Shown here in pieces: positions 52,095-61,388 of a stretch of 64,000 bases of DNA. The stretch is taken from the NCBI GenBank assembly GCA_965140415.1, contig OZ223209.1, forward strand, positions 5,088,001 through 5,152,000, written 5' to 3'. The notes below the pieces were generated by a model. It was not told the DNA's origin and searched no databases. It saw only the letters and a program-made list of their open reading frames with translations. This DNA is from Myxococcota bacterium. GTDB taxonomy: Bacteria; Myxococcota_A; SURF-8. Every line of letters begins with the position of its first letter. Positions within the stretch are counted from its first letter, which is position 1. Both the position numbers and the translations under genes were made by a program.

Positions 52095-53954
52095 TTACGG
52101 TCGCACGCAGCGTACCTGCGAAAGCGCTTCGTCCTTTTTATCCGAATCGATGGCCCCGGCGTAAAAACCGACGAACCAGGCGTTCTCCGTCGTCGTGTTG
52201 ACTTCGGAATTCGACCAGGTATTGTCGTTGCAGCCGCCTAGCAACATCGGATCCCAGTAGCAGTGGTTCTGGCTGTCGTCGCAACCTTCGCAGGCGGAGT
52301 TCATACAGGTATCCGCCAAACAGCCATCGCGCACGTTGCAGGCCCCGGCGCTTTCCGTATTCGAACAATCACGAATCAGGCTGCGCAGTTCGGTCAGGCT
52401 CGGCAAGCGCCAGTCGCTGAAACCCGCCCAGCTTAAGGTATTGCAATAACTCTGCGCGGAACTGAAGCCGCGCGTCGCGGCGAGTGTCGGATCCTGCCAG
52501 GTCAGGTTGGTATTGGCATCCGTGCAGGCGCGTTCGCTGGGCACACCGGTACAGCTCATGCTGCTCTGCATCGCTTCCTCTTCCAGCTCCATCAGGTCAG
52601 CATCCAAATCGCCATCGGGTGCAGGAAGATCGTCGTCGCCGGGGAGTTCGCCATCGCCATCGGGAGGCAACTCCGCATCCTGATCGCCATCTGCGGCCAG
52701 ACAACGCATGCAACGCGCCAGGAATGCACTATCTTTCGACGAAGAATTGATCGCCCCGGCGTAGAAGCCAACGAACCAGGCGTTTTCATTTGTCGTACTG
52801 ACTTCGGAATCCGACCAGGTATTCTCGTTGCAGCCACCTTGCAAAGCCTCGTCCCAATAGCAGCTTCCCGTACCGGCAGTACAGCCGTCGCAGTCGCCAC
52901 TGTCGAAACAGGTATCTGCCAAACAGGCATCGTGAACGCCGCAGGCGCCGCCGCTTTCGGTTTCCGAGCAATTCACGATCAGGCTGCGCAACTGCGAAAT
53001 CGTCGGCAGGCACCAGTCGTCGTAACCGTTCCAGCTTAAATTCTCGCAGTAGCTCTGCGCCTGGGCAAAGGAACGCTCGGTTTCGGCTGGTGGGTCTTGC
53101 CACACGTAGCCGGTCGCCAGATCTTCACAAACGCGCTCGCTGATCGTCCCCTGGCAGTGCATGGTGGCGCTGGAATCCGGGTCGCTATCGCCATCGGGAA
53201 CATCACCGTCAACGCTGTCACCATCGGGGGCATCTCCGTCGCTGCTATCGCCATCAACATTGTCGCCATCGGTAATATCGCCATCCGATGCATCGCCATC
53301 CGGCACGTCGCCGTCACCCGTGTCGCCATCGGCGGGCGTATCGTCATCGCCATCGGGAGTGGAAGATTCACCAACCACACAACGCACGCGCAGTTCGCTT
53401 TCCTTGGGATTGCTGTTCAAGCCGGCAGAGTAAAAACCGATGAACCAGGCGGTGGTGGGAGCGTCCGTCACTTCCGAAGCGGACCACAGATCGATTTCGC
53501 AATCGCTGCCCAGCGCTTCGTCCCAATAGCAGCGTCCCGCCGAGCAGCCGGAGCAGTCGTTGCTCAAGCAGGAGGCGGTCAGGCAACCGTCGGTGATGCC
53601 ACACTCGCCGCCGGTGGCGGTGTGGTCGCAATCGCGCACCATCGAACGCAACTCGGAGATCGTCGGCAGCCGCCAGTCGTCGCGACCACCATAGCTGAAT
53701 TGCTCGCAGTAATCGATAGCCGCCTGCCAGTTGTACCGTTGCTCCGATATCGGCTGCGCCCAGCGCAAGTCGCTTTCAGAATCGCTGCACAGCGAGTCCC
53801 CGTTGACATCCTCGCATAGTACTTCGCCGTTGCCGGACGTGTCGCCATCGGTCGAGGAATCGCCGCTATCGTCGGAGCAGCCGAGCTGCACCAGCAGACC
53901 GGCGAGTAGTGACAGCAACACTGGTCCTATATTCAGACAACGCTTGCGCTTCAT
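52095..53954 (-). CDS. Lipoprotein with three DUF1566 (Lcl C-terminal, CLec-like) domains joined by DGD linkers
   Basis: Lipobox QLGC; three copies of L.WQ...A..YC..L...G..DWRLPT..EL..WS.S.....AWF.GF..G.......VRCV. Confidence 0.88.
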   Translation of the reverse strand: MKRKRCLNIGPVLLSLLAGLLVQLGCSDDSGDSSTDGDTSGNGEVLCEDVNGDSLCSDSESDLRWAQPISEQRYNWQAAIDYCEQFSYGGRDDWRLPTISELRSMVRDCDHTATGGECGITDGCLTASCLSNDCSGCSAGRCYWDEALGSDCEIDLWSASEVTDAPTTAWFIGFYSAGLNSNPKESELRVRCVVGESSTPDGDDDTPADGDTGDGDVPDGDASDGDITDGDNVDGDSSDGDAPDGDSVDGDVPDGDSDPDSSATMHCQGTISERVCEDLATGYVWQDPPAETERSFAQAQSYCENLSWNGYDDWCLPTISQLRSLIVNCSETESGGACGVHDACLADTCFDSGDCDGCTAGTGSCYWDEALQGGCNENTWSDSEVSTTNENAWFVGFYAGAINSSSKDSAFLARCMRCLAADGDQDAELPPDGDGELPGDDDLPAPDGDLDADLMELEEEAMQSSMSCTGVPSERACTDANTNLTWQDPTLAATRGFSSAQSYCNTLSWAGFSDWRLPSLTELRSLIRDCSNTESAGACNVRDGCLADTCMNSACEGCDDSQNHCYWDPMLLGGCNDNTWSNSEVNTTTENAWFVGFYAGAIDSDKKDEALSQVRCVRP

Positions 53955-54185
53955 GACGCCCTCCTGTCGGTTGTGAAACGTTCTGATGCCCTAGACTACC
54001 CCATGTCGCGACATGGAGCAACGAGGAAATGAAGACCCAGGCCGGAAACCGTACATCACTACCCACAGCCTTACACTTTTCAAAAGCGACAAAACGACTT
54101 GATCTTTTCTCGTTGCGGATGATACTAAATAGGGTGGTCAATGGGGGACACATCAACCGGATATCGCTCGAATGGAGTTCAGTAC

Positions 54186-55979
54186 ATGCACCCCGCGTTA
54201 AAACAACAGTACACACTTATTGGGCTGCTTTTTGCTCTGCTGCTTGTTCTGCCCTCTGGTTGCGGAGACCAGAACGATTCTCAAGACAATCTGACGGATA
54301 CCGATCTCGCGGTTACAGACGGCGATTCAGAAACAGACGGCGACAACGTCGTTGCAGATGGCGATGCGGATGCGGATCGCGACAAAGACAGCGACACCGA
54401 GCAGGAAACGTCTTCGGAAGTTCGCTTTACGATTCTGCACACGAACGACGTGCACGCCCATATCGAAGAATTCGACTCCTACGGCGGCTCCTGCGACGAG
54501 GCGGAATCGCAGGCGGGGGAATGCTTTGGCGGAGTGGCGCGACACGCCACCTACATCGCAAACGTGCGCGCTCAGGCAGACGATGTGCTGCTACTGGATG
54601 CGGGTGACCGTTTTCAGGGTTCGCTGTACTACAGCCTGTATAAAGGCGAGGAAACCTACACCTTCATGAACATGCAGGCTTTCGATGCGATGGTGCTTGG
54701 CAATCACGAATTCGATAATGGCCTGGACGTGCTGGCGAGTTTCCTTGGGCATGTAAGCTTTCCCGTGATCAGCGCCAATGTCGCGTTTACGCAAAACCCG
54801 GCGATGGACGAACAGGTGCTTCCCTACGTGCTGAAAAACATTCAGGGAAGGCAGGTTGCCATTATCGGATTGACTTCCGAATCCACCCCGACCTTATCCA
54901 GTCCGGGAGACACGGTGCGCTTCGACGACCTCGTCACGTCGGCTCAGTCTGTCATCGATAGCCTGCAAACGCAGGGCGTACATATTGTCGTGTTGCTCAC
55001 CCACATCGGCTTGAATCACGACGAGCAACTCGCCACAGCGCTCTCCGACGTCGATGTCATTATCGGGGGACATTCGCACAGCCTGCTTTCCAATTCGGAT
55101 TCCGCCGATGGCGTAAGCGGTCCTTATCCGCTGATCACGCACGATGTGCAGGGCGATCCGGTGTTGATCGCCACGGTCGGGCAATACGGAGAATACGTCG
55201 GTCGCTTGAATCTGCTTTTCGACACACAGGGAAAGGTGCAGGTTGATTCCTCCAATGGCGAAGCGGTGCATATGGATGCGACGATCGCCCAGGAGCCCCG
55301 AACGTTAGCGCGTGTTACGGAAATGTCGACGGCCTTGGATTCGTATACGTCAACGGTGATCGGGCAGAATTCTGTCGAATTAAATGGCGATGCGGGCGTC
55401 TGCCGCTTTTACGAATGCACCATGGGCGATCTGGTATCCGACGCCATGCAGTGGCAAACCTCCGACGACGAGGTGGAAATCGCCGTCTTCAATGCGGGAG
55501 GCATTCGCGCCAGTATCGATCCGGGAGACATCGATTTGGCCGAAGTGTATAACGCCCTGCCCTTCGGCAATTCCATTTCCACCTTTCAACTAAGCGGGCA
55601 ATCACTGTTGAAGATGCTGGAGCATTCCGTCAGTGTGGCGGAAGATCCAGAAAACGACGGCACCGGGCGCTTTCTGCAAGTCTCCGGCCTGCGTTTGATC
55701 TGGAATCCCGCAAAGCCAGTGGGCGAGCGGCTGGAAACCGTGGAGATCGGTTCGCATGATACTGGTTTTACGCCGCTGAATGCGTCCACCCTGTATCGCA
55801 TCGCCACCAACAATTACATCCGCCAGGGCGGCGACGGCTACAATATGCTTGCCGAAGAGGCCGTCGCACCTTACGATTACGGCATGCTTATCACGGAAGC
55901 CGTTACAGCCTATGTAAGCGCCTACTCGCCCGTCACGGTACTGCTTGAAAACCGCATCCTACGAAGCGGGGAAGAGTGA
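54186..55979 (+). CDS. Bifunctional metallophosphatase/5'-nucleotidase lipoprotein with DGD tract
   Basis: Lipobox PSGC; HTNDVH, DAGD, GNHEFD, LLTHIG, GGHSH, NAGGIR, LPFGN, FLQVSG, GGDGY. Confidence 0.93.
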   Translation: MHPALKQQYTLIGLLFALLLVLPSGCGDQNDSQDNLTDTDLAVTDGDSETDGDNVVADGDADADRDKDSDTEQETSSEVRFTILHTNDVHAHIEEFDSYGGSCDEAESQAGECFGGVARHATYIANVRAQADDVLLLDAGDRFQGSLYYSLYKGEETYTFMNMQAFDAMVLGNHEFDNGLDVLASFLGHVSFPVISANVAFTQNPAMDEQVLPYVLKNIQGRQVAIIGLTSESTPTLSSPGDTVRFDDLVTSAQSVIDSLQTQGVHIVVLLTHIGLNHDEQLATALSDVDVIIGGHSHSLLSNSDSADGVSGPYPLITHDVQGDPVLIATVGQYGEYVGRLNLLFDTQGKVQVDSSNGEAVHMDATIAQEPRTLARVTEMSTALDSYTSTVIGQNSVELNGDAGVCRFYECTMGDLVSDAMQWQTSDDEVEIAVFNAGGIRASIDPGDIDLAEVYNALPFGNSISTFQLSGQSLLKMLEHSVSVAEDPENDGTGRFLQVSGLRLIWNPAKPVGERLETVEIGSHDTGFTPLNASTLYRIATNNYIRQGGDGYNMLAEEAVAPYDYGMLITEAVTAYVSAYSPVTVLLENRILRSGEE

Positions 55980-56086
55980 ATCAATTTTGATCGGGAATGA
56001 ATTCCCTTCGGTCAGACTGCTTTGAACTTGCAAAAAACGCCATAGATCGAAAAATTTGCCGACCGAATTCTATGGGTTATTAAATA

Positions 56087-57256
56087 CTAGCCTTCTCCGA
56101 TTTCTGAATCGGAATCATTCAAGTTGTCTGTTTCAATCTCTTTTGGCTCAAGCCAATCACTATCTGGTCGACATACAAGACGAGCATTACTATATGCCCA
56201 GTCAAGAGTCAAAACAGTATGCCCTAAATAGTTGCCAGAACACGTTTTTTCAACCGCTAAGGCTAGATCAACATGATTGTCATCCACTAAACATAACGGG
56301 AGTAACAACTGAAGCTTCTTTACTCGTGGATAGTATTGTGGCACTGCCGTTTTAAAGTTCCATGACACACGTTTAATTGACAATTCAACGGCGTCCTTAA
56401 CTCGGTTCATTATTCGCCGATATACTCGAGGATCATCCTCAACAGCTTTTCCTAACTCTTTTGAATATTTCTCTTTCTCATCACTATTTAAGTTTCGAGG
56501 GTCTTTCAAAGAAAAATCTCTAGGACTATTATCTTCAAGAAATTCCATTGGATATCTATCTAGCCGATCGATAATTATGTGTTTGAAATCGAGCTCGGGA
56601 TCTCCTTGGCGAACGTCGTATATAAGGTCCGTTGGTTCGTCAAAGTAGTGAGCAGATTCAGGCAATGGATTAAAGTAGCGAACCAAATCCTGCCCAGCAG
56701 CTTTTTCACCAGCAATACAAAACTCAATAATTTTCCATTGAGGTTGATCGTAAGTGTTTCTATTGAAAATAGCGTAGATTGTTTCATACCTAGAATCAAC
56801 AAGTCCGGTATTGAATGCGGCAAATTGACCGTCATCACTGTATTTAATTTTATCTTCCAACATTAACCTAGTGAAGGTTTGAAGAAGGTAACTGTATAGG
56901 ATCGGGAATGGTTTTTCAGGATCAATGCCTTGATTCTTGAACTCCCAGCGTTCATCTATCGCAATATCTTCAAGTTGTCGAATTGTATCAGGAATTTGCC
57001 CGAGATACGCCCATCCTAAAAGCTTGGAGACCTTTTTAGCTGAATTCTTAGAATTAGTGAGGTTGATCCTCGTAATCTGTTTCGCACAAGGTCCTCTTTG
57101 ATTTTCCCCAATCTCAAAATCTATAAGATCTCCTTCTTGTATCAATGAATCTTGACGATCCGTTACATCTGAAATGTGAAAAAACAAATTGCTTTCCAGC
57201 TGTTCAGAAGAAATAAAACCATATCCATCACCAAATTTTAAAATCTTACCTTGCAT
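56087..57256 (-). CDS. Cold-shock (OB) domain fused to DUF3825 domain, AT-rich gene
   Basis: N-terminal GYGFI..LFFHISD..G.RGPCA; C-terminal FNTGL.D..YE.IYA.F, TAVPQYY, LQLLLPLCL, HTVLTLDWAYSNARL..PDSDWL. Confidence 0.82.
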   Translation of the reverse strand: MQGKILKFGDGYGFISSEQLESNLFFHISDVTDRQDSLIQEGDLIDFEIGENQRGPCAKQITRINLTNSKNSAKKVSKLLGWAYLGQIPDTIRQLEDIAIDERWEFKNQGIDPEKPFPILYSYLLQTFTRLMLEDKIKYSDDGQFAAFNTGLVDSRYETIYAIFNRNTYDQPQWKIIEFCIAGEKAAGQDLVRYFNPLPESAHYFDEPTDLIYDVRQGDPELDFKHIIIDRLDRYPMEFLEDNSPRDFSLKDPRNLNSDEKEKYSKELGKAVEDDPRVYRRIMNRVKDAVELSIKRVSWNFKTAVPQYYPRVKKLQLLLPLCLVDDNHVDLALAVEKTCSGNYLGHTVLTLDWAYSNARLVCRPDSDWLEPKEIETDNLNDSDSEIGEG

Positions 57257-57316
57257 ATTATATCCTTATTTGTATTTATTGTAGCTCAACTCCACAATAC
57301 TCCTTCGGAGTAACAA

Positions 57317-57538
57317 TTACGCTTTCGAGTATAACCAGTGATTATCAGATTTCTTTCTTGATTGCAACTTGTATTTCTTTAAAGCTATAAGATGAAATTC
57401 CTTACCCATTGTCAGTTTTTCCTTTTTCGTCAGTAGTTTCCATTCCTCTCTCCCAAAAATTTCAGCTAAAAGTTTCTCTTCTCCTTGCTTCATGTCTTGA
57501 ACCCCATTAGATATTCTCTCTAATTGCATATTTGTCAT
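57317..57538 (-). CDS. Small DUF1413-like protein (73 aa), AT-rich
   Basis: GGAGA RBS; L.EIFG.EEW..L.......GK.F.......K..N...Y.K pattern. Confidence 0.6.
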   Translation of the reverse strand: MTNMQLERISNGVQDMKQGEEKLLAEIFGREEWKLLTKKEKLTMGKEFHLIALKKYKLQSRKKSDNHWLYSKA

Positions 57539-57987
57539 TTTAAAATCTCCATATTGTCTTCTCAATCTCATTGCTCAAATTCTATCGTTCGAGTCTCGCC
57601 ACTTTGGTATTTTATCTTGATCAACATAATTAGGCAAGACCAATTCAGACGACAGGACGGAAATCCGGCTCAATCGAGAGGTGCCTTGTTCGTATAATTT
57701 CTTGCTCGCTCCAGGCCACAAAATCGACTTTTTCGGGGAGACGTTTACACTTGCTGCCGGACGGCTTTTCGCCGCGATTCGGCAGATTCGGCCGCAAACG
57801 CCCGTAAACGAGCACGATCTGACCGCATTAGACACGTAAACCCACACTACAAATGACAGAAAAATCGAAATTCGAGCCACTTTGAGCCTTCATGGGCCCC
57901 TATGCATACCTAATTGAGGCATACCTTATAGATGGTACTGCTCGTTTACGGTCATCTAGTGTCGTTTTAGTGTACGTCTGCGGTCCG

Positions 57988-58530
57988 TTACTGTCCGACC
58001 TTTTCCTCGGATAGAAGATCCAACCCGTCTTTTTCCGCCAATTTGCGTATCGCCGTCTCATCGAAACGAAACAGCGTCCATTCCGATAACGGCTCGGCTC
58101 CCAGTTTGCGATACAGGCGAGTGGCATTCTCGTTCCAATTCAAAGCCGCCAGATCCAGGCGTGGGCACTCGCGTTGATAGGCAATTCGGGCGAGTTCAGT
58201 TAAGATCGCGCGCCCATAACCTCGCCCGCGCTGTTCGGGATTCAGATAAATATCTTCCAAATACAATCCCGGCTTTCCGGTAAAGGTACTGAAATTCATG
58301 AAGTAAACGGCAAAGCCGGCCGGTTTTCCATCGATCTCGGCCAATAACGCCTCGGCACTGGGATGCTCGGAAAAAAGAGCTTGTTGCAGGCTGTTTTCGG
58401 TGGCCTGCACCTGATCGGCCAGGTCTTCGAAGGCGGCAATCTCACGAATAAACTGAATAATCCTGGGCACATCGGATTCAACAGCCTTGCGCAGATGCAA
58501 TGCAGAAGAGTTAGAATGAGGGGATTTCAT
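57988..58530 (-). CDS. GNAT N-acetyltransferase (spermidine/diamine acetyltransferase-like)
   Basis: FSTFTGKPGLYLEDIY..PEQRGRGYG, WNENA..LY.KLGA. Confidence 0.9.
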   Translation of the reverse strand: MKSPHSNSSALHLRKAVESDVPRIIQFIREIAAFEDLADQVQATENSLQQALFSEHPSAEALLAEIDGKPAGFAVYFMNFSTFTGKPGLYLEDIYLNPEQRGRGYGRAILTELARIAYQRECPRLDLAALNWNENATRLYRKLGAEPLSEWTLFRFDETAIRKLAEKDGLDLLSEEKVGQ

Positions 58531-58602
58531 AAAGTTTCCTTGGCGGCACATGGTTAATGGAATTCACGCATTTTGCTTTCTGGCTAGTATAGGCACTATT
58601 AC

Positions 58603-58737
58603 TCATTTCTGTCCATCGAGTAATCGAAATGTGCCATGGTCTCACGGAATGAAAATCCTGGGAGAACGTGTATAACCTATTGATTTCACACAGCCTTCCA
58701 CGATCTTCGATCGCGTAAGTCGATGGCACACATTCTT
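58603..58737 (+). repeat. ~125-bp structured dispersed repeat, copy 3 (contains IHF consensus)
   Basis: Homologous to 32034-32158 and 40018-40146; TAACCTATTGATT (58673-58685) is the reverse complement of WATCAANNNNTTR. Confidence 0.9.
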
Positions 58738-58826
58738 GGAATCGGCGGCTAAATATAACGAATACTCCACGAAGAAAGAAGCAAGGGGGAGCCAGTGCAA
58801 AAACCAAAAACGGTAGAAAAAAAGGC

Positions 58827-58854
58827 TTGACATATAGTTTAGCTACTATACAAT
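58827..58854 (+). promoter_or_regulatory. Sigma70 promoter of marR with embedded operator GTTTAG-N3-CTATAC
   Basis: TTGACA-16 bp-TACAAT; near-palindrome at 58837-58851 matches 59375-59391. Confidence 0.7.
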
Positions 58855-58860
58855 AACACC

Positions 58861-59358
58861 ATGACTGACGAACAGAAAAAATTCGATTACCTTTTGGACC
58901 TCATTTCAACGACGATGAATCGTATGGATTCGCTGGAATCCTTTCCTTACGATTTCGGAACGGGCGTCAAGATGTACCGCACCGAAATCCATACGCTGTC
59001 TGCCATCGCTCGCGATCCGGGAATCAATCTCACCCGTTTGGCAGAGGTAATGGGTGTCACCAAAGGCGCGGCCAGCCAGACGGTCAGCAAGCTGGTGAAA
59101 AAGGGAATGTTGGAAAAGGCGCACTCCAGCAGTAACGACAAAGAAATCCGGCTGCTTTTAACGGAACTCGGTAAAAAAGCGGATCGGGGTCATACGTACA
59201 TGCATCGTTATATGAGCACCGTGGTGCGTGAAGTCTTTGCCGAGAAGTTCGAAGAGAAGACGGCGAATCTTTTACAGGTCATGCAGGATATGAATCGAGT
59301 GTTCGACCATTTCGAGCGAAGTATGCCCGAAGTGATGAAGAAGATCGAGGAGCTTTGA
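58861..59358 (+). CDS. MarR family transcriptional regulator
   Basis: EIHTL..I...PGIN.T.LAEVMGVTKGAASQTVSKLVKKG...DKEI.L.LTELG. Confidence 0.92.
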   Translation: MTDEQKKFDYLLDLISTTMNRMDSLESFPYDFGTGVKMYRTEIHTLSAIARDPGINLTRLAEVMGVTKGAASQTVSKLVKKGMLEKAHSSSNDKEIRLLLTELGKKADRGHTYMHRYMSTVVREVFAEKFEEKTANLLQVMQDMNRVFDHFERSMPEVMKKIEEL

Positions 59359-59374
59359 TTTTTTTTACACAAAC

Positions 59375-59391
59375 GGTTTAGCACCTAAACC
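59375..59391. promoter_or_regulatory. Putative MarR operator
   Basis: Perfect palindrome GGTTTAG-CAC-CTAAACC, 18 bp upstream of the methyltransferase start. Confidence 0.65.
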
Positions 59392-59409
59392 ACCCGCAAG
59401 GAGGATTCC

Positions 59410-59997
59410 ATGTCTGAAGTCATCGCCAAAACCCAATTCGACGAAAACGAAAATCATGTCTGCCCGCCGGGAATGATTCGCAGGTTCGATAATTTCCTGC
59501 GCCCGCTGGTTCATCCTCCACACAAGGTCTTCGGCCCGCACGTCAAAAATGGCATGTGCGTTTTGGATGTTGGCTGCGGCGGCGGTTTTTCAACGGTGAA
59601 TATGGCGCAACTGGTCGGCGAAAACGGCGAAATCGTGGCAGTGGATCTGCAACAGGAAATGTTGGATATGACGGCGGCTAGAGCTGAAAAGCTGGGCCTG
59701 AGCGAGCGCATCCATTTTCATCGTTGCCAACAAGATCGGCTCGGTGTTATCGGCTTGTTCGATTTCGCCCTGGCCTTCTGGATGCTTCATGAAACGCCGG
59801 ACCCGCAAGCTTTTTTAAAAGAAGTTTACAGCCTTTTGAAGCCGGGAGGACGGATACTGATCGTGGAACCGAAGTTTCATGTAAGTCGTGCCTTGTTGAA
59901 TCAGGAAGTCGATAGAGCGGCTGGATTCGGCTTCAGGTTGGTCGAGCGCCCCAAAATTCGCCTGTCTCATACGGCACTGCTGGAGAAAACGGCCTAG
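59410..59997 (+). CDS. Class I SAM-dependent methyltransferase
   Basis: VLDVGCGGG, AVDLQ.EML, LKPGG; GAGGA RBS. Confidence 0.92.
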   Translation: MSEVIAKTQFDENENHVCPPGMIRRFDNFLRPLVHPPHKVFGPHVKNGMCVLDVGCGGGFSTVNMAQLVGENGEIVAVDLQQEMLDMTAARAEKLGLSERIHFHRCQQDRLGVIGLFDFALAFWMLHETPDPQAFLKEVYSLLKPGGRILIVEPKFHVSRALLNQEVDRAAGFGFRLVERPKIRLSHTALLEKTA

Positions 59998-60049
59998 CAA
60001 ATGGGCAAAGGAATAGATTCTCTGTATTTAGCAAGCAATCTTGAAACTT

Positions 60050-60117
60050 GTCATGCCCGACTTGATGCGGGATCTCTTTACGATCGTATCGAGATCCTGC
60101 TTCAAGTGCGGGATGAC
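60050..60117. repeat. GTCAT/CGTC-type REP-like palindromic doublet
   Basis: GTCATGCCCGACTTGATGCGGGATCTC...GAGATCCTGCTTCAAGTGCGGGATGAC long imperfect inverted repeat. Confidence 0.7.
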
Positions 60118-60288
60118 GGATAAAACCATCACCAAAATCACATAAGAACCAAGTAGCGCCTGCACTTAATCCCGCCCATCTTAACCTGATTTTACTATTT
60201 TCTTAACAAACCGGCGCAGCTTGACTATGATGGGCTCCGGCATGGGCCAACGTTAATAACTGCTCGATAGCTGTACAAAGGTGATGTG

Positions 60289-61275
60289 ATGAAATCGACT
60301 TACTGTCTTAAAATGATTGTCGTTTTGCTCTTACTGATTCTCGCTGCCTGGGGCTGCTCGGATGATTCGAATGATCCCATTGTAGACGGCGATGGCGAAA
60401 ACGGCGACGGGGATGTGGATGGTGATTTCGACTTGGAAGCAGATGCGCTGCCTTCCGAAACGACATTGAACATCATGACCTACAACGTGCTTTGCTCCTT
60501 CTGCAACGCCACTTACGAGCCCTGGGAAGATCGTTTGCCGCATTTTACGGATATCTTCACCCGGCATGAAGTCGATATCGTCGGCACACAGGAATTATTC
60601 ACCGCAGATGAAGTGAATGAAATTCTGGCGCTCAATCCCAATTTCGAGGCGCTGTATTACATCGACGATCCCGACGATGGCCTGGGCTATCTGGAAGCCT
60701 ACCCGGACGAGGCGATTCTATACCGCACGGATCGCTTCGAAGTAATCGAACACGGCAACTACTGGCTTAGCGAAACCCCGGACGTTCCCTGGGCCGGTGG
60801 CTGGGCGCAAAACAATTTCTGGCGCCTGGTCGGCTGGGCGCATTTCCGGCAGATTTCCGATGGCCGCGAGTTCGTCTTTGTCAACACACACTTCGACAAC
60901 AACGTGCCCAACCAGGAAAACAGCGCGCCCTTATTCATCAGTCGCATCGAGCCCTGGGCGGAAACACTGCCGGTCATCGCCGTCGGCGATTTCAATTCCA
61001 AGCCGGACAGCCCCGCCTATGCCATTTTAACCGAAGGCATCGATGGCGAAGGCTTTGCGCTGGTCAACTCCTTCGATATCGCCGAGAACTGGCGCGTACA
61101 ACACAACCAGGCGCAGGAACCCGACTACGACCCGATTCATCGCATCGACCACATTTTCCTGGCCGGTCCGGTGGAATGGACCGTGTCCGACTGGGTGGTC
61201 GATCTAACGGTTTACGGGCCGCAGGATCAATATCCTTCCGACCATTATCCCATCGCCACAACACTGACCTTCTGA
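60289..61275 (+). CDS. Endonuclease/exonuclease/phosphatase (EEP) family lipoprotein with DGD tract
   Basis: Lipobox AWGC; MTYNV, GTQE, YWLSETP, NTHFD, GDFNS, RIDHIF, SDHYP. Confidence 0.92.
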   Translation: MKSTYCLKMIVVLLLLILAAWGCSDDSNDPIVDGDGENGDGDVDGDFDLEADALPSETTLNIMTYNVLCSFCNATYEPWEDRLPHFTDIFTRHEVDIVGTQELFTADEVNEILALNPNFEALYYIDDPDDGLGYLEAYPDEAILYRTDRFEVIEHGNYWLSETPDVPWAGGWAQNNFWRLVGWAHFRQISDGREFVFVNTHFDNNVPNQENSAPLFISRIEPWAETLPVIAVGDFNSKPDSPAYAILTEGIDGEGFALVNSFDIAENWRVQHNQAQEPDYDPIHRIDHIFLAGPVEWTVSDWVVDLTVYGPQDQYPSDHYPIATTLTF

Positions 61276-61295
61276 TTTTCTGTTGAACGCAAACA

Positions 61296-61326
61296 AAAGG
61301 CGCGAGGCCAAAAGCCCCGCGCCTTT
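61296..61326. terminator. Bidirectional terminator; duplicated at 62029-62055
   Basis: AAAGGCGCGAGGC-CAAAA-GCCCCGCGCCTTT. Confidence 0.75.
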
Positions 61327-61388
61327 ATCTTTTCCGCAAACCGTTTCGATGCGCCTAAAATAAAGCGCAATCGAAAAAGAGACTCGAC

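Noticed and set aside
56036-56084. AAC-GCCATAGA...TCTATGG-GTT inverted repeat at the edge of the AT-rich cassette as an integron attC site
   Set aside because: R boxes do not fit RYYYAAC/GTTRRRY well, there is no second site and no integrase; a terminator between convergent genes is more likely.
57575-57880. 101-aa minus-strand ORF and GC-rich hairpins upstream of the AT-rich cassette as a gene or ncRNA
   Set aside because: No recognisable protein motif or RNA family; evidence is insufficient.
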